Positions 7,111 to 17,377 of a DNA stretch of 64,000 nt are shown here, piece after piece (the stretch's first letter is position 1; the number at the start of each line of letters is the position of its first letter). The DNA is from a virus. The stretch is taken from the IMG/VR virus record IMGVR_UViG_3300017917_004576, positions 1 to 64,000 of that record; one strand, 5' to 3'. The position numbers and the translations under genes are program-made. The notes beneath the pieces are model-generated. The model was not told the origin of the DNA. It did not search any database and saw only the letters and a program-made list of their open reading frames with translations.

Positions 7111-7669
7111 AAATTCAGTCACCATCTATCCGCCACCGTATACTGATCAAAATAATCAATTAATTAATCCACCACCATTGGTTATGGACTATCTAGATGT
7201 TACTTATCATGACAATCCCACCAATAAGATAGTTTCCGCTACAGTTAGAAATATTCCTGGCTCATTTGTTATTGCTAATGGTATTGATTATGAAAAGCTT
7301 GGAGATGTTAATAGGTCCACACTAGAACAACTACTATATGATAGTCTCAAAGACGATACCGTAACCAAGCTCAGAAGCAAATTTCCCAAAACCTTAGAAG
7401 AATTTCCTAATGGCCCAGGAACCATATTAACAAATATGATTAGCACAATGGGAATTAAAAGTACTCCAAATTGTTCTTGCAGACGCCATGCTATAGAAAT
7501 GAACGAAAAAGGTAATGACTGGTGCGAACAAAATTTACCAACTATCCTAGGTTGGCTAAAAGAAGAAAGCGCAAAAAGAAGCTTGCCATATATTGAGTCT
7601 GTAGCATCTATGATAGTTAAAAGAGCGATAAAAACTTCTAGAAGATTAATAAAGCAATCTAATGGTTGA
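7100..7669 (+). CDS. Hypothetical protein with C-terminal Cys motif
   Basis: GPGT...CSCRRHAIEMNEKGNDWC...ILGWLKEES; overlaps both neighbours. Confidence 0.7.
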   Translation: MKLENSVTIYPPPYTDQNNQLINPPPLVMDYLDVTYHDNPTNKIVSATVRNIPGSFVIANGIDYEKLGDVNRSTLEQLLYDSLKDDTVTKLRSKFPKTLEEFPNGPGTILTNMISTMGIKSTPNCSCRRHAIEMNEKGNDWCEQNLPTILGWLKEESAKRSLPYIESVASMIVKRAIKTSRRLIKQSNG

Positions 7670-9689
7670 TTTTAAAAGTTTTGATAATGCTTGGCTTGGA
7701 CTAGGAGACATAAGCGCTCTTAGTATTCCTAATAATCCTATGATTCATAGGACCAAGGAAGATATAGAAAATCCAGACTTGCATCTATTAAGAATTTTAA
7801 GAAATCCATATTATATAGGATCAACCTGTAAACTTATTTTTAACATAGAATTACATCCTATGCAGACTATGGTTCTACAAGAAATGTGGAATCGTCCTTT
7901 TCCTATGCTTATTGGTAGTCGTGGTTTTAGTAAAAGCTTTTTATTGGCTCTATATGCGGTACTAAAGTGTGCTTTCTATCCAGGCACCAAGGTAGTTATA
8001 GTTGGCGCCGCTTTTAGACAAAGCAAAATTATCTTTGAATATATGGAAAATATGTGGAAAAATAGTCCTATTTTAAGAAGTATATTTAATGGCAATGAAG
8101 ATGGTCCACGACGAGATGTTGATAGATGTACTATAAGACTTGGAGATAGTTGGGCTATAGCTATTCCTTTAGGTAATGGTGATAAAATTAGAGGTTTACG
8201 TGCCCATATTATTTTAGCAGATGAGTTTAGTAGTATATCTCCAGATATTTACGAGACTGTGGTGTCCGGCTTTGCTGCTGTTAGCGCTAGCCCAATTCAG
8301 AATGTTAAGGAAGAAGCTAAAAAAGCAGCTATGAAATTAGCAGGAGTGTGGAGCGAAGAACTAGATACTATTTCTAGAAGAATTAATAATCAAGCAGTGA
8401 TAAGCGGAACAGCAGACTATGGTTTCAAACATTTTGCTCAGTACTGGAAAAGATATAAGAGTATTATAGAAAGTAAAGGTGAAGAAAGAAAATTACGAGA
8501 AATTTTTAATGGAGAAATTCCACCAAATTTTAATTGGAAAGATTATAGTATTATTCGTATACCATATGAATTAATACCTAAAGGATTTATGGATGATAAA
8601 CAAGTAAGTAGAGCCAAAGCTACTATTCATGTTGGTATATATAATATGGAATATGCTGCATGTTTTGTGAATGACAGTCAAGGATTTTTTAGAAGAAGTT
8701 TGATAGAAAGTTGTGTTACAAAAGATTATCCAGCAATAACAATTGGTAATAAGCCAGTAGTTTTTGACGCTATAACTCAAGGTAATCCTAATTTACATTA
8801 TGTTTATGGTATCGATCCTGCTAGTGAACAAGATAATTTTAGTATAGTAATATTAGAAGTTCATCCGGATCATTCTAGAATAGTATATTGTTGGGCAACA
8901 AATAGAAATAATTTTAAAGAAAGACAAAAGATTGGACTAGCACAAGAATATGACTTTTATAGTTTTTGTTCTAGAAAAATTAGAGATCTTATGAAAACCT
9001 TTCCTCCTATTAGGATAGGGATGGATGCTCAAGGAGGTGGTGTTGCAATAGAAGAAGCTTTACATGATCCTGGTAAGCTTCAAGATAATGAACAACTAAT
9101 ATGGCCAATTATTGATTATGACAAAGCAAAAGATACTGATTCTCAACAAGGTCTACACATTCTGGAACTAGTGCAATTTGCAAAGGCAGATTGGACAAGT
9201 CAAGCTAATCATGGATTAAGAAAAGATCTAGAGGATAAAATATTACTATTTCCACGTTTTGATAATCTTACACTTGGTCTTGCTATGGAAAAAGAAGGAA
9301 AAAATATCTTAGACGACGATTTAAATCCATTGTATGATAGTGTTAGTGAATGCATACTAGAAATAGAAGAACTTAAAAATGAATTAACAACTATAGTTAT
9401 GACTCAAACTAGTACTGGTCCACAAGCAAGAGACAGATGGGATACTCCGGAAGTAAAATTACCAAATGGTAAAAAAGGAAGATTACGAAAAGACCGATAT
9501 AGCTCATTACTAATAGCTAATATGATAGCTAGACAATTAAATAGAATCTTACAGTCTCCAAATTATGATATTGTTGGCGGAAATAGTAAAGATCTAGTTA
9601 ATCAACAAAGCAATAAGTTATATAAAGGTCCAGAATGGTTCACATCAAACGTTAATGATGATGATATTTATCAAGGAATTTATAGATAA
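7662..9689 (+). CDS. terL: Terminase large subunit
   Basis: ELHPMQ adenine-binding motif, Walker A GSRGFSKS, IRGLRAHIILADEF Walker B, coupling motif ISGTA, RNase H-like YGIDPA and KDRYSS. Confidence 0.9.
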   Translation: MVDFKSFDNAWLGLGDISALSIPNNPMIHRTKEDIENPDLHLLRILRNPYYIGSTCKLIFNIELHPMQTMVLQEMWNRPFPMLIGSRGFSKSFLLALYAVLKCAFYPGTKVVIVGAAFRQSKIIFEYMENMWKNSPILRSIFNGNEDGPRRDVDRCTIRLGDSWAIAIPLGNGDKIRGLRAHIILADEFSSISPDIYETVVSGFAAVSASPIQNVKEEAKKAAMKLAGVWSEELDTISRRINNQAVISGTADYGFKHFAQYWKRYKSIIESKGEERKLREIFNGEIPPNFNWKDYSIIRIPYELIPKGFMDDKQVSRAKATIHVGIYNMEYAACFVNDSQGFFRRSLIESCVTKDYPAITIGNKPVVFDAITQGNPNLHYVYGIDPASEQDNFSIVILEVHPDHSRIVYCWATNRNNFKERQKIGLAQEYDFYSFCSRKIRDLMKTFPPIRIGMDAQGGGVAIEEALHDPGKLQDNEQLIWPIIDYDKAKDTDSQQGLHILELVQFAKADWTSQANHGLRKDLEDKILLFPRFDNLTLGLAMEKEGKNILDDDLNPLYDSVSECILEIEELKNELTTIVMTQTSTGPQARDRWDTPEVKLPNGKKGRLRKDRYSSLLIANMIARQLNRILQSPNYDIVGGNSKDLVNQQSNKLYKGPEWFTSNVNDDDIYQGIYR

Positions 9690-9691
9690 AA

Positions 9692-9697
9692 GTGTAT
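9692..9697 (+). promoter_or_regulatory. Putative late promoter motif GTGTAT (representative copy)
   Basis: Recurs before gene starts at 9692, 11928, 16919, 27336, 32731, 36308 and 60736. Confidence 0.6.
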
Positions 9698-9743
9698 TAT
9701 TAAAGTAATCAAATAGCATTACTATTACATTAGAAATAAATAT

Positions 9744-11945
9744 ATGCCCAGAAAACCAAATAAAGAAGACGTTATTAAAAATGCATCATCTATAGGAGAG
9801 GATGCTTATGTCACATGGGGAGAGGATTTATCCAGCAAACAAGATGCTCTTAAAAGATCATCAGAATCTCTAGATGAGTTTACAGGAATTCAAAATTCTA
9901 CAGCAGCTTTTGGCGGTGGTAGAAGATATAGTATAGATTTTTCTAATTTAGATGGTGATACTGGTGGCCGTCCAGGATTAACCCGTAATGACTACTATGC
10001 TTTTAGGCCAGACGAAGCTGTTCCTAAAAGGATTAAACTAGTTATCCGAAGAGCAGAAGATATTTATCATCGTGTTGGTTTGGTAAAAAACGTGATTGAT
10101 CTCATGGGCGATTTTGCTGTACATGGTATTAAATTAGTTCATAAAAATAAAAGAATAGAAAGATTTTATAGACAATGGTTCAAAAAAATTAATGGCAAAG
10201 ATCGTAGCGAAAGATTTTTAAACAATCTATACAAAACAGGCAATATTGTTATTCATAAACAAACAGCCAAAATATCATTAAAAGTTACTGATAATCTATA
10301 TAAAACTATTGGATCTCCTGATCTTAATGTCAAGCAGATGGATCAATTTAAGATAGAAAAAAAAGAAATTCCTTGGAGATATACTTTTATAGATCCAGTT
10401 TATGTTGAGAGTGCTGCCGGGTCTTTATCATCATTTGTTAGTGAGAAAAGATACGAATTAATTTTACCAGCTACTTTTAGAAAAAATATTAATAGTCCAA
10501 AAACAGAAGCAGAAAAACAGATAGTATCTCTTCTTCCAGAAGCAATAGTATTAGCAGCTAAAACTAAAAGACCATATCCATTGGATCCTGAAAAGACATT
10601 AGTTTTTCATTACAAAAAAGACGATTGGCAAGCATGGGCATATCCTATGATATATGCTATTATGGATGATATTACGGTTATTGAGAAATTAAAATTAGCA
10701 GATATGGCGGCCCTAGATGGCGCTATAAGTAACATTAGAATTTTCAAATTAGGTAATCTAGAACATAAAATTGCTCCAACAAAAGCAGCAACAGCCAAAC
10801 TAGCACAAATTTTAGGAAACAATGTTGGTGGTGGTACAATGGATTTGGTTTGGGGTCCAGATATTGAATTGTTAGAAAGCAATACTAATGTTCATAATTT
10901 TCTTGGAGAAGGTAAATATACTCCTCATTTAAATGCTATCTATGCTGGTTTGGGAATTCCTCCAACACTTACTGGCACATTCGGAGCAGCAGGAACTACT
11001 AATAATTTTATTAGTCTAAAAACCTTAACACAAAGATTACAATATGGTAGAGATATGTTGGTTAAATTTTGGGAAGGCGAAATAGAAATTGTACAAAAAG
11101 CTATGGGTTTTAGGTATCCGGCTAAAATAGAATTTGATAGAATGGATCTAAGTAATGAAGATACAGAGAAGGCACTATTAATACAACTAGCAGATAGAAG
11201 TCTTATTAGTGATGAGTTATTACAGACCAAATTTGGTTTCGATCCAGATATGGAAAAATCAAGACTTAATAGAGAAAGAAAAGAAAGAGATTCCGAAAGA
11301 ATGGTACAAAAAGCTGGTCCGTGGCATGATCCTCAATTTGAAAACGCTCTTAAGAAAATATCTTTACAACTAGGAATTGTAACACCAAGTCAAGTAGGAT
11401 TAGATTTACCAAAGAAAAAACCAAGCGAAAAAACAGCATTAGAACAAAAAGCAGAACAAGTAAAGTCTCCTTTTGGAGCACCCAAGGTGGCTAACGATCC
11501 GTCCTCGGAATCGTTGCCGAAAGAAGCGGGCGAAGGTAGACCCAAACTTTCAAAAGATACTGAAAAAAGAAAAGACAGAACATTTTCGCCCCAAACCGGC
11601 GCCAAACTCCTAATATGGTCATCTTCTGCACAAGACAAGATTAGTTCTATAATTAATCCATTAATTTTAGAATATTTTGATAAGAAAAATTTAAGAAGTT
11701 TATCTAATGCCGAAAATGAAGAATTAGAGAAAATCAAAACGAACATTCTTTTTCAAACGCAACCTTTTGCTAAACTTAATGAAGATAATATAACAGAATA
11801 TTTATCAGCATCAACTAGTAATGATACTAAAACTTTTTATAATTGGTTAAATTTGGTTAAGCTAGAATTATCCAGAGAATTAACGGTTGATGAAATTAAA
11901 CAAGCTAAATCATCTTTTTACACAATGGTGTATAGTACAAAATAA
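9744..11945 (+). CDS. Portal protein
   Basis: Directly after TerL; GLVKNVIDLMGDFA, clip-like HYKKDDWQAWAYP, IYAGLGIPPTL, charged C-terminal extension. Confidence 0.8.
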   Translation: MPRKPNKEDVIKNASSIGEDAYVTWGEDLSSKQDALKRSSESLDEFTGIQNSTAAFGGGRRYSIDFSNLDGDTGGRPGLTRNDYYAFRPDEAVPKRIKLVIRRAEDIYHRVGLVKNVIDLMGDFAVHGIKLVHKNKRIERFYRQWFKKINGKDRSERFLNNLYKTGNIVIHKQTAKISLKVTDNLYKTIGSPDLNVKQMDQFKIEKKEIPWRYTFIDPVYVESAAGSLSSFVSEKRYELILPATFRKNINSPKTEAEKQIVSLLPEAIVLAAKTKRPYPLDPEKTLVFHYKKDDWQAWAYPMIYAIMDDITVIEKLKLADMAALDGAISNIRIFKLGNLEHKIAPTKAATAKLAQILGNNVGGGTMDLVWGPDIELLESNTNVHNFLGEGKYTPHLNAIYAGLGIPPTLTGTFGAAGTTNNFISLKTLTQRLQYGRDMLVKFWEGEIEIVQKAMGFRYPAKIEFDRMDLSNEDTEKALLIQLADRSLISDELLQTKFGFDPDMEKSRLNRERKERDSERMVQKAGPWHDPQFENALKKISLQLGIVTPSQVGLDLPKKKPSEKTALEQKAEQVKSPFGAPKVANDPSSESLPKEAGEGRPKLSKDTEKRKDRTFSPQTGAKLLIWSSSAQDKISSIINPLILEYFDKKNLRSLSNAENEELEKIKTNILFQTQPFAKLNEDNITEYLSASTSNDTKTFYNWLNLVKLELSRELTVDEIKQAKSSFYTMVYSTK

Positions 11946-11972
11946 TAATCAAATCTTTTTGAAAGGTTTATA

Positions 11973-13568
11973 ATGATAATATATCCACAAGAACAAGAAG
12001 ATGGCTTAACATCAAAAATACTAGCCTCGTCTTCTATTGCTTATGCTAGTGTTGCAGAGCCATGCTCTCTCAGATTATCATCTAAATCATTTAAAAGTTT
12101 AGCATCCTACGATGATAGTGATCTATTTTATGTTCAATCTATTCTAGTAACTTCATCATGGAATAAAAATGATGATGTGTTTGATAAGTACGAGGTATGG
12201 AACGCTAAACATACTCCAGAACACAAGCCCACAAATCTAGAGCACAACGAAAGTTTAATTGTTGGTCATATAATATCAAATTGGCCTATTACCGAAGATG
12301 GATTATTAATAGATCCAGAAACCCCGGTAGAAAATTTACCAAATAAGTTCCACATACTTACAGGCTCTGTTATATACAAGGGATTTAGCACTTCCGAACT
12401 TAGAGAGAGATCAGAAAAATTAATTAGTGAAATTCAAAATGGTACTAAGTTTGTTAGTATGGAATGCTTTTTTAAAGGTTTTGATTATGGAGTAATTAAT
12501 AAACAAACTAATGAATATAAAGTATTGAGCAGAAGTGATGAGACAGCTTATTTAACAAAATATCTTAGAGCATATGGCGGTAAAGGTGAAAATAATGATT
12601 ATAAAATTGGTAGAGTTTTAAGAAATATTACCTTTACTGGTAAAGGATTTGTTGACAAACCAGCAAACGAAGATAGTATAATTTTTAATAAGAATCTTTT
12701 TGAAGAAAATAAAAAAATTGATAATCTTCAAGAAAAAAATAACGAAAATGAAAATTTAGGTGTAATAAGTATTCGATTGAATAATCAAATGGAGAATAAT
12801 ACAATGAGTGTAGAACAAGATGTAACTGAAATCAAAAACAAATTGGTGGCTATGGAAACTTCTTGTCAAGAGGCTGTAGCTGAAGCTAACGCATCTGTTA
12901 ATTCATTAACCGAAAAAAATATTGCACTAGAATCTCAATTACAAACCCAAACTAACGAATTCACAGAAAGAGAAACTGCTATGAAAAAAGAAATCGAAGA
13001 AGTCAAAGCTTCTGCTTCAGAAGAGCTTTTAGCACTCAAAACTTCATTAGAAGCACAAATCTCAGAACTTTCAGAAGCTATTGCAATGAAAAATGAAGAG
13101 ATGAAGAAAAAAGAAGAAGAAATGAAGAAAATGAAAGCAGAACTTGATAGCGCCAACGAAACAGTCGCTGCTTATAAAACAAAAGAAGCAGAAATGGTCA
13201 AGAAAGAAAAAATGACCAAAAGAAAAGCTGCCCTTGTAGATAACGGAGTCGAAGAAGATGCTGCTTTGGCTTTTGTTGAAAAATATGAAAATATCGAAGA
13301 CGAAGCATTTGATGCTATGGCAACTCTTTTTGCTGCTATGAAGATGAAAAAAGAAGATGCTATGAAAATGAAAATGAAAGCAGAAGAAGTTGCAGAAGCA
13401 GAAGAGGTTGTTGAACCCAAAGTGAGTGCTTCTGATCTAGATAACGTTGAAACAGAAAGCGCTATTGATTTAACAGTTGGCTCAGATTCTTCTGAAGAAG
13501 AAGAAAATACCACTCGTGCAGCTCTTGTTGAGTTTGTTTACAGTAAGTTAGGCAAAAAATCCAAGTAA
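11973..13568 (+). CDS. Prohead protease fused to coiled-coil scaffold
   Basis: WNKNDDVF, NLEH...IVGH, VSMEC, FTGKGFVDKPAN protease-like motifs; Glu/Lys/Met-rich coiled-coil C-terminal half; located between portal and capsid genes. Confidence 0.75.
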   Translation: MIIYPQEQEDGLTSKILASSSIAYASVAEPCSLRLSSKSFKSLASYDDSDLFYVQSILVTSSWNKNDDVFDKYEVWNAKHTPEHKPTNLEHNESLIVGHIISNWPITEDGLLIDPETPVENLPNKFHILTGSVIYKGFSTSELRERSEKLISEIQNGTKFVSMECFFKGFDYGVINKQTNEYKVLSRSDETAYLTKYLRAYGGKGENNDYKIGRVLRNITFTGKGFVDKPANEDSIIFNKNLFEENKKIDNLQEKNNENENLGVISIRLNNQMENNTMSVEQDVTEIKNKLVAMETSCQEAVAEANASVNSLTEKNIALESQLQTQTNEFTERETAMKKEIEEVKASASEELLALKTSLEAQISELSEAIAMKNEEMKKKEEEMKKMKAELDSANETVAAYKTKEAEMVKKEKMTKRKAALVDNGVEEDAALAFVEKYENIEDEAFDAMATLFAAMKMKKEDAMKMKMKAEEVAEAEEVVEPKVSASDLDNVETESAIDLTVGSDSSEEEENTTRAALVEFVYSKLGKKSK

Positions 13569-13590
13569 ATTCTTATACGGAGAACTAAAA

Positions 13591-14049
13591 ATGGCTCTAA
13601 AACCTGATCGTATCGAACTATTAACAGATATCTCTTTTTTCATGACTACTACAGCAGAGCGCGGTGGTGTTGTTAGCGCTGTAACTTCAACAACTGGTGT
13701 TGGCGTATCTATGGATGATGCCAATGCTGTTGTTGCTTACGCCGCTGTAGCATCTGGCGCAAAGCCAGTAGGTGTTCTACTTAATGATGTTGTAAATCTT
13801 GATCTTACTCGCCAACACATTAATTGGCATAAAGACGAGATGCAGGTCGGTGGCAAAGTAACACTATTGCGCAACGGCCAAGTTACAACAAATATGTTGG
13901 TTACTGGCATCACTCCATCCGCTGGAACAGATGCTTATGTTGGTGCTAGTGGCTTGATCGGTACAAGTAGTACCAATGCTGTTAAAATTGGTCAGTTCTT
14001 AAGCGGCAAAGACACTGACGGCTATGCTAAAGTATCAGTTAACCTATAA
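13591..14049 (+). CDS. Capsid decoration/cement protein
   Basis: 152 aa, Gly/Val/Thr-rich, immediately before the major capsid gene; GGAGA Shine-Dalgarno. Confidence 0.65.
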   Translation: MALKPDRIELLTDISFFMTTTAERGGVVSAVTSTTGVGVSMDDANAVVAYAAVASGAKPVGVLLNDVVNLDLTRQHINWHKDEMQVGGKVTLLRNGQVTTNMLVTGITPSAGTDAYVGASGLIGTSSTNAVKIGQFLSGKDTDGYAKVSVNL

Positions 14050-14072
14050 TTTTCATACACGGAGAAATAAAT

Positions 14073-15083
14073 ATGTCAGCCAAAACTGAAAAATTTCAAC
14101 CAACTCCAGAACTTAGTGATCTACTAAAGCGTTCTGGTTCAGCTCAACGAGAGGTTGCTTTAGCAGCTAATGCCGAATTTGCAAAAGCCCTAGAACTACC
14201 TCTTCGTCAGGGTATTCTTAATGGCGATGTTCTTGATGGTATCTTTGAACCAATTCGTCTTGATCAAAGTGCCACACCAGAGTTTCCTCTTGATTTCTTA
14301 GCTCCTGGTACCGAGAAGGACTTTGTGGCCTACACAATTCCTAATCATGGCTATATTCCAGAGCGTCATGTTGAGGGTGATTATGTTATGGTTCCAACAT
14401 ACGACGTTGGCGCCAGCATTGATTATCTCTTAAAGTATGCTCGTGATGGTCGTTGGGATGTTGTTGGTCGTGCTATGGAAGTGTTAGAAGCTTCATTTGT
14501 CAAGAAGATGAATGATGATGGCTGGCACACACTATTGGCCGCTGGTGTTGATCGCAACATTGTTGTTTATGATAGTGATGCCAATGCTAGTCAGTTTACC
14601 AAGCGTCTTGTTAGTTTGATGAAGACTGTTATGAGACGTAATGGCGGTGGTAATTCAACTTCTAATAATAGAGGTATGTTAACTGATCTTTATGTTTCTC
14701 CAGAAGCTATGGAAGATATCCGTAACTGGGGCATCGATCAAGTTGATGAAATTACTCGTCGTGAAATCTATACCGCTGCTGACGGTACTCTTAATCGAGT
14801 ATTTAGTGTTAATCTTCATGATCTAGACGAATTGGGTGTTGGTCAACAATATCAACTATTCTATACATCAACTCTTGGTGCTAGTATGCCAGGAAGCGAT
14901 ACAGAAATTGTTGTTGGTCTTGATCTTCGCAAGAACGACAGTTTCGTTATGCCAATTCGTCAAGAAGTTCAAATCTTCGAAGATGAAACACTACATCGTC
15001 AGAAACGAGCAGGTTTCTACGGCTGGGCCGAACTTGGCTTTGCTGTTCTAGATAATCGTAGAGTATTAATTGGCTCACTATAA
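14073..15083 (+). CDS. Major capsid protein (HK97 fold)
   Basis: 336 aa at the canonical position; strong GGAGA Shine-Dalgarno, restricted codon usage, C-terminal GFYGWAELGFAVLD, followed by a terminator. Confidence 0.85.
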   Translation: MSAKTEKFQPTPELSDLLKRSGSAQREVALAANAEFAKALELPLRQGILNGDVLDGIFEPIRLDQSATPEFPLDFLAPGTEKDFVAYTIPNHGYIPERHVEGDYVMVPTYDVGASIDYLLKYARDGRWDVVGRAMEVLEASFVKKMNDDGWHTLLAAGVDRNIVVYDSDANASQFTKRLVSLMKTVMRRNGGGNSTSNNRGMLTDLYVSPEAMEDIRNWGIDQVDEITRREIYTAADGTLNRVFSVNLHDLDELGVGQQYQLFYTSTLGASMPGSDTEIVVGLDLRKNDSFVMPIRQEVQIFEDETLHRQKRAGFYGWAELGFAVLDNRRVLIGSL

Positions 15084-15108
15084 TATCTAACTTTTCACGT
15101 TAACAATT

Positions 15109-15138
15109 TAAGGGTTGGCTCTGCCAGCCCTTATTTTG
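15109..15138 (+). terminator. Rho-independent terminator after capsid gene
   Basis: TAAGGGTTGGC-TCT-GCCAGCCCTTA hairpin followed by TTTT. Confidence 0.7.
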
Positions 15139-15161
15139 TATATATACTAGGACTCTATGCT

Positions 15162-15189
15162 TTGACAAACAAAGGATTTGCTTTATTAT
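15162..15189 (+). promoter_or_regulatory. Sigma70-like promoter of the inserted endonuclease gene
   Basis: TTGACA-N16-TATTAT, then AAGGAG Shine-Dalgarno and ATG 15211. Confidence 0.5.
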
Positions 15190-15210
15190 AAGTAAACACA
15201 AGGAGAAACT

Positions 15211-16911
15211 ATGTTAGAAAATACAAAAACACTACAAAAATACGGATACTCAATAGAGTCCCTTAGCTCCGGATCAAGCAAAAAGATAGTAGTAATTTGT
15301 GATTATTGTAATAATACATTTGACAAATCCTACAAAGCTCGTAATCTTCAAAATAAAGAACTAGACAAAGATTGTTGTGTAAAATGTAAATTTAAGAAAA
15401 GAGAAGAGCTTAGTTTATTAAAGTATGGAGTTAAAAACTCGGCTCAAAGACAAGATGTAAAAGAAAAACTATCAGATTATAATATAGAAGAGCATAAAGA
15501 AAGTATTATGGATTTATTAGCTCAAAATTATAGCATAGTTTATATTAGTAAAAAACTAAATATTCCAAAAACCTCATTAACAAGATACCTAAATCTTCAA
15601 AATATCGATACTTATGGAGATTTACAAAAAAAGAAAGAAAAAACTTTTAAGGAAAAATATGGAGAAAATTATAAAGAACAATTTTTAGAGAAAAGAAAAA
15701 ATACTAACCTAATTAAATATGGACATGATAATCCATTTGCTAATGATGATATTAAAAGTAAAATTGTAGAAACTATGAGAACCAAATATGGTAAAGATCA
15801 TCATATGCAAAGCAATGAAATGAAACAAAGAGTTAAAATTACTAACTTAAATAAATATGGATGTGAAAATGTTTCTCAGTCTCCAGAGATTCAGGATAAG
15901 ATTAAAAATACTAATTTAGATAAATATGGATACTCTCATGCTACCAAACATCCTGATGTTAAAACCAAAATAGTAAACACTATGATAATTAATGGTAATG
16001 CCAGATTATTTGATGGTAAAGGAGCTTCTTTTTGGGCAGAAAAAACGGGCTATTGTTTGAGTAGATTTAATCAATTAATTAATCAGTACGGCTTCGACGT
16101 TGCTAAAAATATGTATAGAACAGACAGTTACTCAAGTTTAGAACTAAGATTTAAAAGCTTTTTAGATGAGAGTGAATTAAATTATAAGACTCATACTAGA
16201 TTAAATATTAGTGATAAAACTTATATTCCTGATTTTATAATAGATAATTTAATCATAGAAGTAGATGGACTATACTGGCATAGCGATAACTGTAGAGATG
16301 ACGATTATCACATAAATAAAAAAATATCCTATGAAAATGCTAATTATGATAGTTTGTTTTTTAGAGAAGATGAAATTAGAGATAAATTTGAGATTGTTAA
16401 AAGTATGGTATTGAATAGACTGGGAAGATCAAATAAGATATTTGCAAGAAAGTGTGATTTAGATAAAATCAATGATAAAGAAGCTGACGTTTATTTTGAA
16501 ACCAATCATTTAATGGGAAAGGGTCGTGGAACAACATATGTTTTAAGTTTTAAAGACGACATAGTAGCAGCTTTAAGACTCAAAAGAAATAAAAATAATG
16601 ATTATGAAATTAGTCGATTTTGTAACAGTAAATTTTATAGTATAACTGGTGCTTTTAGTAAACTATTAAACTTCGCCATTAAAGATAAACAACCCGATAC
16701 TATTATGACTTTTATAGACAAGAGATATGGTAGAGGTCATTATTTAAAAAATTTAGGTTTTGATTATATTCATATTTATCCTAGTTTCAGATGGACAGAT
16801 GGATTCCAAACTTTTCACAGACTAAAATTTTCCGGTAATAGTGGATACAACAACGATCTTTTTAAGATTTATGATTGTGGCCAAGCAAAATACCTATTAA
16901 AGCTAAAATAG
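15211..16911 (+). CDS. Free-standing homing-endonuclease-like protein (Zn ribbon, KYG repeats, PD-(D/E)XK nuclease, C-terminal GNAT-like part)
   Basis: CDYC...CCVKC; repeated TNLxKYGxxN; YIPDF...IIEVDGLYWH; KIFARKC...EISRFC...GAFSKLL...IYDCGQ. Confidence 0.75.
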   Translation: MLENTKTLQKYGYSIESLSSGSSKKIVVICDYCNNTFDKSYKARNLQNKELDKDCCVKCKFKKREELSLLKYGVKNSAQRQDVKEKLSDYNIEEHKESIMDLLAQNYSIVYISKKLNIPKTSLTRYLNLQNIDTYGDLQKKKEKTFKEKYGENYKEQFLEKRKNTNLIKYGHDNPFANDDIKSKIVETMRTKYGKDHHMQSNEMKQRVKITNLNKYGCENVSQSPEIQDKIKNTNLDKYGYSHATKHPDVKTKIVNTMIINGNARLFDGKGASFWAEKTGYCLSRFNQLINQYGFDVAKNMYRTDSYSSLELRFKSFLDESELNYKTHTRLNISDKTYIPDFIIDNLIIEVDGLYWHSDNCRDDDYHINKKISYENANYDSLFFREDEIRDKFEIVKSMVLNRLGRSNKIFARKCDLDKINDKEADVYFETNHLMGKGRGTTYVLSFKDDIVAALRLKRNKNNDYEISRFCNSKFYSITGAFSKLLNFAIKDKQPDTIMTFIDKRYGRGHYLKNLGFDYIHIYPSFRWTDGFQTFHRLKFSGNSGYNNDLFKIYDCGQAKYLLKLK

Positions 16912-16972
16912 CTTTATGGTGTATAATAATTTTATCATTATTCTAGTATAATTACCATAAGGAAAATCCTTA

Positions 16973-17377
16973 ATGGCCGCATCAAAATACGATTTTAGTA
17001 TAGAACAAGGAAGTTCTTTTAAGCTAAGTTTGGTTTATAAAGACGATAGTGGTAATCCTATTGATCTTACAAATTGGTGTGCTAGATTAACATGGAAAAC
17101 TAATACTAATGTTACTCAAACTTTTAGCACAGAGAATATAGATTATAGTGTATATAAATTTAGTATAGAGCCGTTAATTGGTAAAATAACCCTTATGATA
17201 CCGGCTGGTACAACCAATAGTTTTCTATTTAATGCTGCAAAATATGACTTGGAATTACAAAGTGATGATGACTTATATGTTGGTGGTGGTAAATATATTA
17301 TACGATTAATATATGGCACAATTAATATTGTTAAACGCTTTAGTCAATCATCTTCGTTGTTGGAGTGCGAACCTTGA
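16973..17377 (+). CDS. Virion structural protein (BppU/LtfC-like Ig fold)
   Basis: IEQGSSF...PIDLT...KYDLEL...RLIYGTI pattern; paralogous to the N-terminus of 27904..28932. Confidence 0.6.
   Translation: MAASKYDFSIEQGSSFKLSLVYKDDSGNPIDLTNWCARLTWKTNTNVTQTFSTENIDYSVYKFSIEPLIGKITLMIPAGTTNSFLFNAAKYDLELQSDDDLYVGGGKYIIRLIYGTINIVKRFSQSSSLLECEP

Noticed and set aside
7662-9689. Intein or intron in the terminase gene
   Set aside because: Continuous ORF with no intein splice motifs (Cys/Ser start with His-Asn end) or LAGLIDADG blocks seen.
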